Source: Styela clava
Taxonomy: Eukaryota
Assembly: GCF_964204865.1 (NCBI RefSeq)
Contig: NC_135257.1
Span: forward strand, 2,976,001 to 3,040,000
Reading direction: 5' to 3'
DNA length: 64,000 nt
The position numbers and the translations under genes were made by a program. The notes below the pieces were generated by a model that did not search any database, was not told the DNA's origin, and saw only the letters and a program-made list of their open reading frames with translations. This document shows, one piece after another, positions 24,866 to 39,928 of this stretch (positions are counted from its first letter, which is position 1; each line of letters opens with the position of its first letter).

Positions 24866-27261
24866 TTATTCATATATAAATTCGATTCCTGTTTCTTTCA
24901 TCTTTTCTTCAACTTGTCTATCTATTTCATCAGATTGTTCCGCGGTAAAATAGTTTTTCCACTTGCCAATGGTTCCTGAAATATAATAACTCACTAAGAA
25001 AGGGAAGAATTAAAGACAAATATACAAATTCGTGGCTAAACAGCATACAAAACTATCTAATAAATATACCAAAACACAAGTATTGCAGCATAATCTTATG
25101 ACGCAACGAACTAATTTATAAAACTTTTGTACCTGTAAAGCATTGCTTAGTTGCATGGCGATTCATTCCATCTTCTGATTTCGATTCCATATCCGACTTC
25201 TTCATGTTGTCAATTGAACAATTTTTAACTATTTCATAGATTTCGTCATCTGATAGTTCTACTCCCAAGAATTCTGACAACTCTTTTGTTTTTTCGAAAG
25301 GATTCTTGATATAAAACAAAATACATTTTGAGGTCAGGCTGTAAGAAATGTCATCTCATATCAATTACACAGTAATTCGCATTATACACTCATGTTTGTA
25401 CGTATACAACGTATTCCATTTTTAAAGCTAGTTGTATGATAAAATTTCAAAACATAGAAATATTTCAAAATTAAAATTTTTTAAACAGACATCTTTTAGA
25501 TGGCTTGATTGAGTGATCATTTGTTGTTGTTCAGAATTAGTTCAATATGGATTACTTTTATCATTTCTTCATACACGATCAATATTGCATTCTTGTTGTT
25601 TTTTATATGCGGCAGCCAACTCAAAATGTGATCCAAATATGATTCTCCTTTTCGTATGGCCAGAGGAAGAGGATCTAATTGAATAAAATTTTCTATTTAT
25701 TTTCTAATTGATTATTTTATTATTTTCAATCCAATGTCGTTTGCCTGATAATTGATGCTTTTCAAAGGAATTTTTGTATTAGACAATTAAAAAAAAAGGT
25801 TTTCAATAAACGTTTTTTGACATTAAAGATCCCAGTTATTTAACCAAAATACTTTGGACTAGACACTAAATCTTTGGTCTCTTTCTGGCATAAAATAATA
25901 TTGTATGTAAATAATCGCTTTCACTAAACATTTTTCGACATTAGATTTTAGTTATTTAAGCAAAATACTTTGGATTATCGACTACATTTTTTGCATTTTC
26001 ATAAAATAACATTGTTGTTTGTCCCCAGTCTGTGAATGCTATTACCTTTCATTTGTCGTTCAAAATAATCGTTTCAATCATCGGGTGAAAATCTTGCTAA
26101 TTCACCCTGCCAAGGAAATCCCTTAACAAAATGAAAGAACGATACCAGCCTGTCCTTTGGATTCCGCAATGTGTAAACGATCTGAAGAATGATCACAAAT
26201 AAAATTTTTCATTGCTTGTTTATTCATATTTTGTAAATACAATTTAAATTGTTTACTAAGTGGCATATAATACAGCTCTTCACTATGTTATATTTTACTT
26301 TTGTAAATCTATAATATCACTTCGAATGATCGATAGAATATTTTATTTCCAGAATTTTATTCTCTTAGCTTATATATACGTAACATAGGCTTGCCTTTAT
26401 GTTCCTTTTTTCGTATTTTTCTAAATTCACCAATTCAGCTGGTAGATGTGTAACAAAATATCTTCTAGGTATAGGAATATTGTGCATGACATTGAACTTT
26501 GAAGCTAAAATATACGACGACAACCATCAAGCATAAGTTATCACTTTGAAATAGCGACATTTGAGAAATCTACATAGTATTAAATAAATAACAAGCGTAC
26601 TGTGTTTGGGAAAAACAATGTTGTAGTGTATATTGAATTGTCTATTTTGAATGGAAGTAAAAATCATCAGTGCTATATAGGGCTCATTGTATGTTATTTA
26701 CGTTTTAAAATGCCAACAAACAGTATCAAAGCAAACCCAATAGTAGGGCTACAAACGCGATAACATTGATCACGGTTTTTCTTAGTAAAAACAGTTGTAA
26801 GTGGGCATTCAATAGAATGATATGTATTTGTAACAATGTATCTATTAATTTCTACAATAACCTACGTGTACATGTTTCAAGATACAAATGCGGTAAAGTG
26901 ATATCTTTTGTCAGTTTATCAAGTTTTTCGTCTCTTCCATACAATATCTGACGAATAATTTCTCGAGTCCATGTTGTGCCTAAAAAGAATACATAACTTG
27001 ATATTGTCTGTCATTTTTCTGTTTCTTTTATTTGTAACTATTTTTTAAACCTGTTTTTACACACGATGCCACCATCACTTCGTTTTCTCTTGGCTCATGA
27101 TGATCGAATGCATAAGATACTGTATCTGGATGGAACTGCGGAATGAATAAATGATCATTCCATTCTAGAACTTTGTCTTCTGGAGAGTATGTGAAAGTAT
27201 CTTGGAAATGGACGAAGTCTTTCTGGCACCATTCAGGTAGTTCTTGTTTTAGATTTGCCAT
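24866..27261 (-). pseudogene. SULT array copy 5, W181*
   Basis: Same exon structure; TGA allele (T at 26074). Confidence 0.85.
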
Positions 27262-30200
27262 AGAGTTTATTATTTACAAAAAACACTGCAATTATATGAA
27301 AGGGCCAAGTCTTGCATATTCAAATAAAATTTGATTGCATTGAAATAATAATATATAAAAGAAAAGTGTCAACCTTCTTATATTTAAACTACCTTTGCTC
27401 GGTCGTAAAACTCCATAAAATGTATTTTGAACAAAACACTGAACCTGACTTTATATCTGCCGTGTTAAATGTAGTAAAATCGTCATTATGATATAATAAA
27501 AGAGTTTATCCGTAAGAATGTAGCATGCGATATTATTTATTTTAGAAATTAATTCAGTCCGATGGAACCATATCGTAACAACATGAATTATAATTAAACT
27601 TGAAAGAGATGTAACTTAACTATTCGATAGCAACAATATTCATATTGTCATCCAAAAAAAACTACCAATCCCACTATTCCACAGACCCAGTAGATCAGGT
27701 GCTAAACAGGAAACGAAACCATAAGAATGATAAGCACTCGCGCTATTTTCCCCCTATAAGCAACAGTAATTAAATAAGAAGCTGTTCCATTTAATACTGC
27801 CATCCGAATTATATTTTTGTAGTCACTGTGTCTATTACGTTCGGATTTGGGTATAATCCACCCGTTTTAAGAATTTGAATTTAAGAATCCTACTTTTCTA
27901 CAAGCCCAGTGAGGTCTTTCCTGTAGACAACAGTAATTAAATTAAAGATTGTGTATTCAATATTGACGTCTGAATTCTATTTTTGTAGTCACTGCATCTA
28001 TTATAGATGCGGATTTGGGTAGAATCCAAGTGTTTTCAGGATTGGCATTCGTCAGATAGTCTAAGTCGTATTAATGATTCCTTATTGAATTTCACATATT
28101 AACGCTCTCGTTTTGTCCGTTTGCCACTACAAATCTTGGCGCAAACAATGTTTAATCCAAATGATGTGTGGTGTGGTACAAATGATTGGTCTCATAGGTT
28201 CTGTTGAAATATCACACATATCTAAAGTATTCAATCACAAATTATTATTAATTAGAAAATTTGCTGATAAATCATCTATCTATATTTCGGCAAAGTATAA
28301 GTACCTTAAATCACAAATTATTATTAATTAGAAAATTTGCTAATAAATCATGTATCTATATTTCGGCAAATTATGTGTACCTTGAATTGGCATTTAGTAT
28401 ATTCGATTCGATTTCCTGGTTTCGAACGGCTTTCCAAAGCTTATTGTCAAGGCCAGTTTCGTCTCATATTTGTTTCTTTATTGTGGCCTGAATGCCAAAA
28501 AAAAAACAAGTAGCGCTAGTGACGGGCTAGGTCCATCACGAGTATTTAGTGCTCTGCAAGTCTCTCTGCAACTTCAACTATTAATGCACGAGTACCTTAA
28601 AAGCACATCTAAATAAGCACTGCAAAGTAGTTGGAAGTTACAACTAATGTACGTTCTTATTGCCAGAGTCAATTATTAACCTGCTTGACCGACATATATT
28701 CCTCTGTAGAATACAAACCTTTTTTTAGTAAACAGTATCATTAGAGTGGTCTCGATAGCTACAATGTAAGGCGATTGAAGTTGTGCAAACAAAACTCAAT
28801 TTCCAGGCAGTTCAAATACTGTACGGTGTACGCAATATATATTACTAAGTGGGTTGGTTTGGCAGACGAATAGGTTTTTCAATGAATAGGTTTTTGAACT
28901 ATACCGGTTCCATTCAATGTTCATGCTTAAACCTTGGCAATGTGACCATTTGCAACTCTGAAGTCATTTGTGATTAAATTGGTATTTCTATATTATATCT
29001 AGAATAGAAAACGTACCATATTATACTTTCATATGCATTAGTAGCTTTTGGCCCCCGGGAAGGGGCTGATTAAACTTTTGCTTATAAAGATAAAATACCA
29101 ATCATTTTTATTCATACATCATATTCAATGATCCATTCTTCTTGATTATATTGAAACATCAATTGAAATATCTCGTGCTATGAGTCAATTACGTACCGTA
29201 TCACGTACCACAGTCAAACATTTCACATAAAAACGTCACTAAATAACATACTTCAACTTAACACCACCTGAATCAACTTTCGGTACAGTGACTCTCACAA
29301 CTGTTTAGGGCTGATGGACGACTCGACTACACGGACAACTCACCAGGCCTAGCTGTAGTCGAGTTGTCTGCCACCCATTTCACATGTCCCGTGACAATGA
29401 TCTGTTTTTATCCATTCAATTGCAACCTGAATTGAAATACTAAGGGCATTTGGTCCAGTAATCAATAAGAAAAGCGACTTTTTAGGTTTTCCACTAGGTG
29501 TTCAAAAACGTGTCAAAGAACAAGAACAACAAGAGAGCTATGCTCAAATATATGGACAGGTAGAGCCACATAATTTTGATGACGTCATAGCAAAAAAAAA
29601 GTACTAGCCTCCTGGAAAAAAAATTATATCTCTAATCACTGGAAATTTCAAAGCAATTGGTTCAGTAATCAAAGAGAAAAACAATTTCTTCAAAACGTGT
29701 CAAAGAACAACGAGAACAACACAAGAGAGCAATGCTTAAATATATAGACACGAAAGCTCTTTACAATAATTACATCACGCTGTTAAACCAGAAAATATTT
29801 TTTGCATTGATAAAACCGCAACCACGATATTTCATAACATGTTGAACACTATTGGTACATTGTAATGCTTCCTTATTGGCATATTTATGTTGTTTACCGC
29901 AGAACTGTAATGAAAAAAGCTAAAAGATAAGCATAAACATAGCAGCTGTGCAAGCGTACAAATAAAATGGAAAAAGTTAATTTGACTGCAAATGCAGGGA
30001 GAGTAACATTTAAAATTTTAAATAAACGTGATATGCTTTGGCACTTATCTACGTCACATGTTAAAAATTATCGGAGAAGTTGTAAAGTTCTTCCTTAGCA
30101 TACTTTAGTTATTCACGGCAAAACTGTAACGAAAAGATGAGAGCGTAATTCACAGTGTTATGGTACCGGTGCCTTAACTCACCAGTACCATACTTTATCT

Positions 30201-31416
30201 GTAAGTCTGATACCGGTATTCGATGGTGGAATGGTTCTTCTTTGGCATGTACAAACTCAATTCATTTTATGTTATCAAAATAAACTAATACGCTAGTATA
30301 CAAAACTTGAATTTGTGCAATAGTAAGTCACCGTGCTGCGTTACCGTACGTTCGCTTCTTCGCCGCAATCGCCACAAGGTGCCGCTATTTTTCATTGTGA
30401 TCACCAATTCGCACAAAAAAACTAATCTCTTGAAGTCCACAGAAAATTTTGAAATAAATAAAAGTAATTTTTTGCATTCTATAAAAGGTCGTATATACAT
30501 AATACAATCTAAGACAATCTGAAAAAAATGTGCTACCGAAGGGTGCCATATTTAAAGCCATGCCCTTTTTTCGAAATGTGGAAAGTTATCTTGGTTAAGA
30601 TGTTTTCGGTAAATTACGGCAAGATTCATTTACAAATAATTTGCTGTCAAATCTCATTCTAGATTGGATTTAGACAAAATCAACTGATAGGCTGGAACCA
30701 AAACTTCTTTAGTTTTTGTATCTCTCGATATTAAATCATTTTTAACTGCTTTCCAGATGCCTAATTTTCAATTGTCCGATCTTACAAATTCATTAGCGTC
30801 TGCTCTGCATTTTCCTTGAACTGTTCGCTGCTCAGCAAGTGACAGCATTATGAATCGCGTTGTTCGCTTACGCTGTTAGGACGTTGTTACGTCATAGGCA
30901 TAGATAATAAATTGGACTAATATATAAGCTTTGCAGCGCAAAGGGAACCAGATCAAACTGAATTAAAAACTAGTTTTGCTGGCCGCACACAATTCCAAAT
31001 TGGCACTTCTCCGCGGGCCGCTCAATTTGGCCGCGGGCCGCACATTGCACACCCCTGCCATAGAGTATACTTAAATTACCATTTCTTGAAATTTATATTT
31101 TATTTATATTCTTACAACATTTGATACGCGGTAAATATTTCATATATTTCTATGAAAATTATAAATAATATAAATTTAGTGTATATATATTTAAATTATA
31201 TATATATATATGAAAAATTAAACGACCAAATTAAATTTTTTAATGCTAAAAGACTAAAGTTCCCAGTATACTCATTAGTACATTAATAACAAGCTTAAGC
31301 GATTGGCAAGAATAATAAAGTTTATACTGAATTAATACAAGTTCTCAAATTTGCTTCCAGTCGGCTTGGGGCCTAACGGTTAAATTAGAATGAGTTGAAT
31401 ATTCTACGATAAAAAC

Positions 31417-33812
31417 TTATTCATATATAAATTCGATTCCTGTTTCTTTCATCTTTTCTTCAACTTGTCTATCTATTTCATCAGATTGTTCCGCGGTAAA
31501 ATAGTTTTTCCACTTGCCAATGGTTCCTGAAATATAATAACTCACTAAGAAAGGGAAGAATTAAAGACAAATATACAAATTCGTGGCTAAACAGCATACA
31601 AAACTATCTAATAAATATACCAAAACACAAGTATTGCAGCATAATCTTATGACGCAACGAACTAATTTATAAAACTTTTGTATCTGTAAAGCATTGCTTA
31701 GTTGCATGGCGATTCATTCCATCTTCTGATTTCGATTCCATATCCGACTTCTTCATGTTGTCAATTGAACAATTTTTAACTATTTCATAGATTTCGTCAT
31801 CTGATAGTTCTACTCCCAAGAATTCTGACAACTCTTTTGTTTTTTCGAAAGGATTCTTGATATAAAACAAAATACATTTTGAGGTCAGGCTGTAAGAAAT
31901 GTCATCTCATATCAATTACACAGTAATTCGCATTATACACTCATGTTTGTACGTATACAACGTATTCCATTTTTAAAGCTAGTTGTATGATAAAATTTCA
32001 AAACATAGAAATATTTCAAAATTAAAATTTTTTAAACAGACATCTTTTAGATGGCTTGATTGAGTGATCATTTGTTGTTGTTCAGAATTAGTTCAATATG
32101 GATTACTTTTATCATTTCTTCATACACGATCAATATTGCATTCTTGTTGTTTTTTATATGAGGCAGCCAACTCAAAATGTGATCCAAATATGATTCTCCT
32201 TTTCGTATGGCCAGAGGAAGAGGATCTAATTGAATAAAATTTTCTATTTATTTTCTAATTGATTATTTTATTATTTTCAATCCAATGTCGTTTGCCTGAT
32301 AATTGATGCTTTTCAAAGGAATTTTTGTATTAGACAATTAAAAAAAAAGGTTTTCAATAAACGTTTTTTGACATTAAAGATCCCAGTTATTTAACCAAAA
32401 TACTTTGGACTAGACACTAAATCTTTGGTCTCTTTCTGGCATAAAATAATATTGTATGTAAATAATCGCTTTCACTAAACATTTTTCGACATTAGATTTT
32501 AGTTATTTAAGCAAAATACTTTGGATTATCGACTACATTTTTTGCATTTTCATAAAATAACATTGTTGTTTGTCCCCAGTCTGTGAATGCTATTACCTTT
32601 CATTTGTCGTTCAAAATAATCGTTCCAATCATCGGGTGAAAATCTTGCTAATTCACCCTGCCAAGGAAATCCCTTAACAAAATGAAAGAACGATACCAGC
32701 CTGTCCTTTGGATTCCGCAATGTGTAAACGATCTGAAGAATGATCACAAATAAAATTTTTCATTGCTTGTTTATTCATATTTTGTAAATACAATTTAAAT
32801 TGTTTACTAAGTGGCATATAATACAGCTCTTCACTATGTTATATTTTACTTTTGTAAATCTATAATATCACTTCGAATGATCGATAGAATATTTTATTTC
32901 CAGAATTTTATTCTCTTAGCTTATATATACGTAACATAGGCTTGCCTTTATGTTCCTTTTTTCGTATTTTTCTAAATTCACCAATTCAGCTGGTAGATGT
33001 GTAACAAAATATCTTCTAGGTATAGGAATATTGTGCATGACATTGAACTTTGAAGCTAAAATATACGACGACAACCATCAAGCATAAGTTATCACTTTGA
33101 AATAGCGACATTTGAGAAATCTACATAGTATTAAATAAATAACAAGCGTACTGTGTTTGGGAAAAACAATGTTGTAGTGTATATTGAATTGTCTATTTTG
33201 AATGGAAGTAAAAATCATCAGTGCTATATAGGGCTCATTGTATGTTATTTACGTTTTAAAATGCCAACAAACAGTATCAAAGCAAACCCAATAGTAGGGC
33301 TACAAACGCGATAACATTGATCACGGTTTTTCTTAGTAAAAACAGTTGTAAGTGGGCATTCAATAGAATGATATGTATTTGTAACAATGTATCTATTAAT
33401 TTCTACAATAACCTACGTGTACATGTTTCAAGATACAAATGCGGTAAAGTGATATCTTTTGTCAGTTTATCAAGTTTTTCGTCTCTTCCATACAATATCT
33501 GACGAATAATTTCTCGAGTCCATGTTGTGCCTAAAAAGAATACATAACTTGATATTGTCTGTCATTTTTCTGTTTCTTTTATTTGTAACTATTTTTTAAA
33601 CCTGTTTTTACACACGATGCCACCATCACTTCGTTTTCTCTTGGCTCATGATGATCGAATGCATAAGATACTGTATCTGGATGGAACTGCGGAATGAATA
33701 AATGATCATTCCATTCTAGAACTTTGTCTTCTGGAGAGTATGTGAAAGTATCTTGGAAATGGACGAAGTCTTTCTGGCACCATTCAGGTAGTTCTTGTTT
33801 TAGATTTGCCAT
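31417..33812 (-). pseudogene. SULT array copy 6, Trp181 intact but intron-6 donor mutated GT>AT
   Basis: C>T at 31683 changes ACAG|GTAC to ACAG|ATAC (ORF track reads FTDTKVL instead of FTGTKVL). Private synonymous SNP at 32161. C (TGG) at 32625. Confidence 0.72.
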
Positions 33813-36800
33813 AGAGTTTATTATTTACAAAAAACACTGCAATTATATGAAAGGGCCAAGTCTTGCATATTCAAATAAAATTTGATTGCATTGAAATAAT
33901 AATATATAAAAGAAAAGTGTCAACCTTCTTATATTTAAACTACCTTTGCTCGGTCGTAAAACTCCATAAAATGTATTTTGAACAAAACACTGAACCTGAC
34001 TTTATATCTGCCGTGTTAAATGTAGTAAAATCGTCATTATGATATAATAAAAGAGTTTATCCGTAAGAATGTAGCATGCGATATTATTTATTTTAGAAAT
34101 TAATTCAGTCCGATGGAACCATATCGTAACAACATGAATTATAATTAAACTTGAAAGAGATGTAACTTAACTATTCGATAGCAACAATATTCATATTGTC
34201 ATCCAAAAAAAACTACCAATCCCACTATTCCACAGACCCAGTAGATCAGGTGCTAAACAGGAAACGAAACCATAAGAATGATAAGCACTCGCGCTATTTT
34301 CCCCCTATAAGCAACAGTAATTAAATAAGAAGCTGTTCCATTTAATACTGCCATCCGAATTATATTTTTGTAGTCACTGTGTCTATTACGTTCGGATTTG
34401 GGTATAATCCACCCGTTTTAAGAATTTGAATTTAAGAATCCTACTTTTCTACAAGCCCAGTGAGGTCTTTCCTGTAGACAACAGTAATTAAATTAAAGAT
34501 TGTGTATTCAATATTGACGTCTGAATTCTATTTTTGTAGTCACTGCATCTATTATAGATGCGGATTTGGGTAGAATCCAAGTGTTTTCAGGATTGGCATT
34601 CGTCAGATAGTCTAAGTCGTATTAATGATTCCTTATTGAATTTCACATATTAACGCTCTCGTTTTGTCCGTTTGCCACTACAAATCTTGGCGCAAACAAT
34701 GTTTAATCCAAATGATGTGTGGTGTGGTACAAATGATTGGTCTCATAGGTTCTGTTGAAATATCACACATATCTAAAGTATTCAATCACAAATTATTATT
34801 AATTAGAAAATTTGCTGATAAATCATCTATCTATATTTCGGCAAAGTATAAGTACCTTAAATCACAAATTATTATTAATTAGAAAATTTGCTAATAAATC
34901 ATGTATCTATATTTCGGCAAATTATGTGTACCTTGAATTGGCATTTAGTATATTCGATTCGATTTCCTGGTTTCGAACGGCTTTCCAAAGCTTATTGTCA
35001 AGGCCAGTTTCGTCTCATATTTGTTTCTTTATTGTGGCCTGAATGCCAAAAAAAAAACAAGTAGCGCTAGTGACGGGCTAGGTCCATCACGAGTATTTAG
35101 TGCTCTGCAAGTCTCTCTGCAACTTCAACTATTAATGCACGAGTACCTTAAAAGCACATCTAAATAAGCACTGCAAAGTAGTTGGAAGTTACAACTAATG
35201 TACGTTCTTATTGCCAGAGTCAATTATTAACCTGCTTGACCGACATATATTCCTCTGTAGAATACAAACCTTTTTTTAGTAAACAGTATCATTAGAGTGG
35301 TCTCGATAGCTACAATGTAAGGCGATTGAAGTTGTGCAAACAAAACTCAATTTCCAGGCAGTTCAAATACTGTACGGTGTACGCAATATATATTACTAAG
35401 TGGGTTGGTTTGGCAGACGAATAGGTTTTTCAATGAATAGGTTTTTGAACTATACCGGTTCCATTCAATGTTCATGCTTAAACCTTGGCAATGTGACCAT
35501 TTGCAACTCTGAAGTCATTTGTGATTAAATTGGTATTTCTATATTATATCTAGAATAGAAAACGTACCATATTATACTTTCATATGCATTAGTAGCTTTT
35601 GGCCCCCGGGAAGGGGCTGATTAAACTTTTGCTTATAAAGATAAAATACCAATCATTTTTATTCATACATCATATTCAATGATCCATTCTTCTTGATTAT
35701 ATTGAAACATCAATTGAAATATCTCGTGCTATGAGTCAATTACGTACCGTATCACGTACCACAGTCAAACATTTCACATAAAAACGTCACTAAATAACAT
35801 ACTTCAACTTAACACCACCTGAATCAACTTTCGGTACAGTGACTCTCACAACTGTTTAGGGCTGATGGACGACTCGACTACACGGACAACTCACCAGGCC
35901 TAGCTGTAGTCGAGTTGTCTGCCACCCATTTCACATGTCCCGTGAAAATGATCTGTTTTTATCCATTCAATTGCAACCTGAATTGAAATACTAAGGGCAT
36001 TTGGTCCAGTAATCAATGAGAAAAGCGACTTTTTAGGTTTTCCACTAGGTGTTCAAAAACGTGTCAAAGAACAAGAACAACAAGAGAGCTATGCTCAAAT
36101 ATATGGACAGGTAGAGCCACATAATTTTGATGACGTCATAGCAAAAAAAAAGTACTAGCCTCCTGGAAAAAAATTCTATCTCTAATCACTGGAAATTTCA
36201 AAGCAATTGGTTCAGTAATCAAAGAGAAAAACAATTTCTTCAAAACGTGTCAAAGAACAACGAGAACAACACAAGAGAGCAATGCTTAAATATATAGACA
36301 CGAAAGCTCTTTACAATAATTACATCACGCTGTTAAACCAGAAAATATTTTTTGCATTGATAAAACCGCAACCACGATATTTCATAACATGTTGAACACT
36401 ATTGGTACATTGTAATGCTTCCTTATTGGCATATTTATGTTGTTTACCGCAGAACTGTAATGAAAAAAGCTAAAAGATAAGCATAAACATAGCAGCTGTG
36501 CAAGCGTACAAATAAAATGGAAAAAGTTAATTTGACTGCAAATGCAGTGAGAGTAACATTTAAAATTTTAAATAAACGTGATATGCTTTGGCACTTATCT
36601 ACGTCACATGTTAAAAATTATCGGAGAAGTTGTAAAGTTCTTCCTTAGCATACTTTAGTTATTCACGGCAAAACTGTAACGAAAAGATGAGAGCGTAATT
36701 CACAGTGATATGGTACCGGTGCCTTAACTCACCAGTACCATACTTTATCTGTAAGTCTGATACCGGTATTCGATGGTGGAATGGTTCTTCTTTGGCATGT

Positions 36801-36971
36801 ACAAACTCAATTCATTTTATGTTATCAAAATAAACTAATACGCTAGTATACAAAACTTGAATTTGTGCAATAGTAAGTCACCGTGCTGCGTTACCGTACG
36901 TTCGCTTCTTCGCCGCAATCGCCACAAGGTGCCGCTATTTTTCATTGTGATCACCAATTCGCACAAAAAAA

Positions 36972-39928
36972 AGATGAAAGATCTTGAAATATTAATATCT
37001 TCGCTAGAAACCAAGTATGCCAGTCACCAATCTGATGACAATATGCAACAACTGGAAATTGCAAAGCAGTCTCTAAATGAATTGTTGAAGCAAAAAACTC
37101 GTGGCTACCTGATTAGAAGTAAAATTAAATGGGCTGAAGAAGGGGAACATAATACAAAATATTTTTTCGGTCTTGAAAAGAGGCATAAACAAAGGACATC
37201 TATTGCACAACTGTATGAAAATGATAGAATAATCTCAGATCAAGAACAAATATTGAAATGTATCAAATTATTTTATACAGAATTATACTCGGAAACATCA
37301 TCACATAATGTTGATATAGAAGAAATATTGCAAGGGATCGATATACCACACATGGAACCTGAAGTTTCAGACCTATGTCCTGGTGTTATCACAGAAGGTG
37401 CTTGTTTCGAGGCTTTGAAATCCATGAAATCTGACAAAACACCCGGGCTTGATGGTCTTCCAGCAGAGTTTTATAAGGTGTTTTGGAAGGATATCAAACA
37501 TCTTTTGATGGCTAGCTACAATCATTCATTTTGTAAAGGGACTTTAAGCAAAACACAGAAAAGAGGATTAATAACTCTTCTTCCTAAGAAAGGACAAACT
37601 GAACATTGTATAAGCAATTATCGCCCAATAACTTTATTAAACGTGGACTATAAAATACTGAGCAAAACATTAACAAACCAAATGAGTAATGTAATCAACG
37701 AAATTGTTGATCTTGATCAAACTGGATTTATTAAGGGGAGGAATATAGGGGATAATATTCGACTGATTTGTGATGTGATTGACATAACCGTTGCTGAATC
37801 ATTGCCTGGGGCTTTAATTTTCCTTGATATACAAAAAGCATATGATAGTGTGAAATGGGATTTCTTGTTCAAAATTCTTCATATATTTGGATTTGATCTT
37901 AAATTCATAAAATGGGTTAAAATCCTTTACAATGATATACAGTGTTGTGTTACAAACAATGGTCATATTTCAAATGATTTTGTAGTCCATAGAGGCCTAA
38001 GGCAAGGTGATTCTTTCAGTTGTCTTACATTTTTACTGGTAATTGAAATTTTTGCAAACATGGTCAGGCAAAACCCAAAAATTGAACCCATAAAATGGAG
38101 GGATATTTCTATAAAAATTTCTATGCTTGCTGATGATGTGACAGTAATGACCAATGGATCAAAATCTAGTATTGATGCCCTTTTTCAAACTTCAAACATT
38201 TTTGGGATTATATCTGGGTGCAAAATTAATATAGCAAAATGTCAAGCAATGTATATTGGCACTAAGATTGGAACCTCCCCGATTAGTAGTGAATATGGTC
38301 TGAATTGGAACGATGAAATTAAAATATTGGGTGTTATTCTGTCAAACAAAATGGAGGGTATATACAGCAAAAATTTTCCTCAAATATTAGATAAAGTCAA
38401 AAAGCTACTTCAGGTGTGGAAAACAAGAAATTTGACGTTTTTGGGAAGGGTTTGCATTATTAAGTCTCTCATTCTACCCCAGATATTATACCATGCAACT
38501 GTTTTACCAATCGATGTTCCTGAAAGTTTTTTGACTGAATTGAATAGAAATATATATGTTTTTATATGGGGTTCAACTTGGGAGCGGATCAAACGAAATA
38601 CATTGATTGGCCCCAAAGAAAAGGGAGGTGTTGATATGATAGATATAAAAAATTTTATTGTTGCCCAAAAAATTAAATTCATTCAAACACTCTTGAATGA
38701 GGAAGTTAATCCAGTGTGGAAATTGATTGAGATGGAAGTGCTTAGCCAATACTGTTTTCAAGCATTGCTTGAAGGAAAATTGAGCTCAAATTCATATGTT
38801 CTGAAGCATTTACCTTTAACATCCATACGAAATGTATTTAAAAACTGGTATTTCTGTAAAAATTTGCTTTTTGATTGGAAAATGTCAAATTTTGATCAAC
38901 CTATATGGTACAACAAAAGTATTTCTTATGCCAGAAAACAATTTTTTATAAAGTCTTGGTATGATCATGGTATAAAAGCTGTAAGACATTTAGCAAATGT
39001 GGGTAATTTGTTTACTTATAGAGAGTTGACTGAAAAATATGGCATGCAATATAGTGATGAAGAGTATGTGAATTATTATCGCATCACTGGAGTTCTACCC
39101 GATTATTGGTTATGCAATATTGGAAACTGTGTTGATTTTAGTGTAATAAGTGACACTGAAGAGAATGTATGTCATTTTATTTCTGAAACATTCGAATCAG
39201 GAAAAGTAAATAAAAGCATCTATAAAAAGTTGAACCTTATCAAATTTATATCCCCTGATAAATCAAGAAAAAAATGGACAGATCTTTTGTATTTAGAGAG
39301 TGATTTTAATTGGAATAAATTGTATATGGATATCTTTTATTGTACTATTGAAACTAAATTGCAATCTTTTCATGTAAAGCTATTTCATGGTGCCATAGTA
39401 CTAAACGATAGATTATATAAATTTAAACTTGTTTCATCAGAGTTATGTGATTTCTGTCATTCGAATGTTGAAACTACTGACCATTTCTTCTATGATTGTA
39501 TAGTTGTCCAACAGTTTTGGGAATTTCTGAACATGTGGATATATTCAAAAACAGGGATTAATTTTAACTTTTCAAAAAAAGATTGCATGTTGGGATATGT
39601 TTGCCAATTCTATAACAAATTGTGTAATTGTATACTTCTTACTGCCCGGTTTTATCTATATCGTTGTAAGATACAGAAAAAGAAACCACTGTTCTATGTT
39701 TTTACCTCATATCTTCATGAAGTGAGGGAAATTGAGCGGTTCATTGCACATAAAAATGGCAAAATAAAGAAACATTATCAAAAATGGAAAATTTTAGGAT
39801 ATACACACAATAATTGATTATTTTTATATGATGAATTGTGATTATGTAGTTTCTATGAATATTGATTAATAATGCTGTAGATATTGTAGATGTATCGATT
39901 AACTGTGTTTTATATAATAATAAATAAA

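Noticed and set aside
36857-36973. 986-aa ORF as a host-RT fusion protein
   Set aside because: The first 39 or so codons start at TTG and are spacer sequence that happens to be in frame with the truncated ORF2.
36974-39817. RT next to repeats as a retron, DGR or CRISPR-RT type system
   Set aside because: The RT has non-LTR L1/Tx1 motifs, a CCHC knuckle, a poly(A) tail and empty sites in sister units. There is no short repeat-spacer array or template/variable repeat pair, and the context is eukaryotic.
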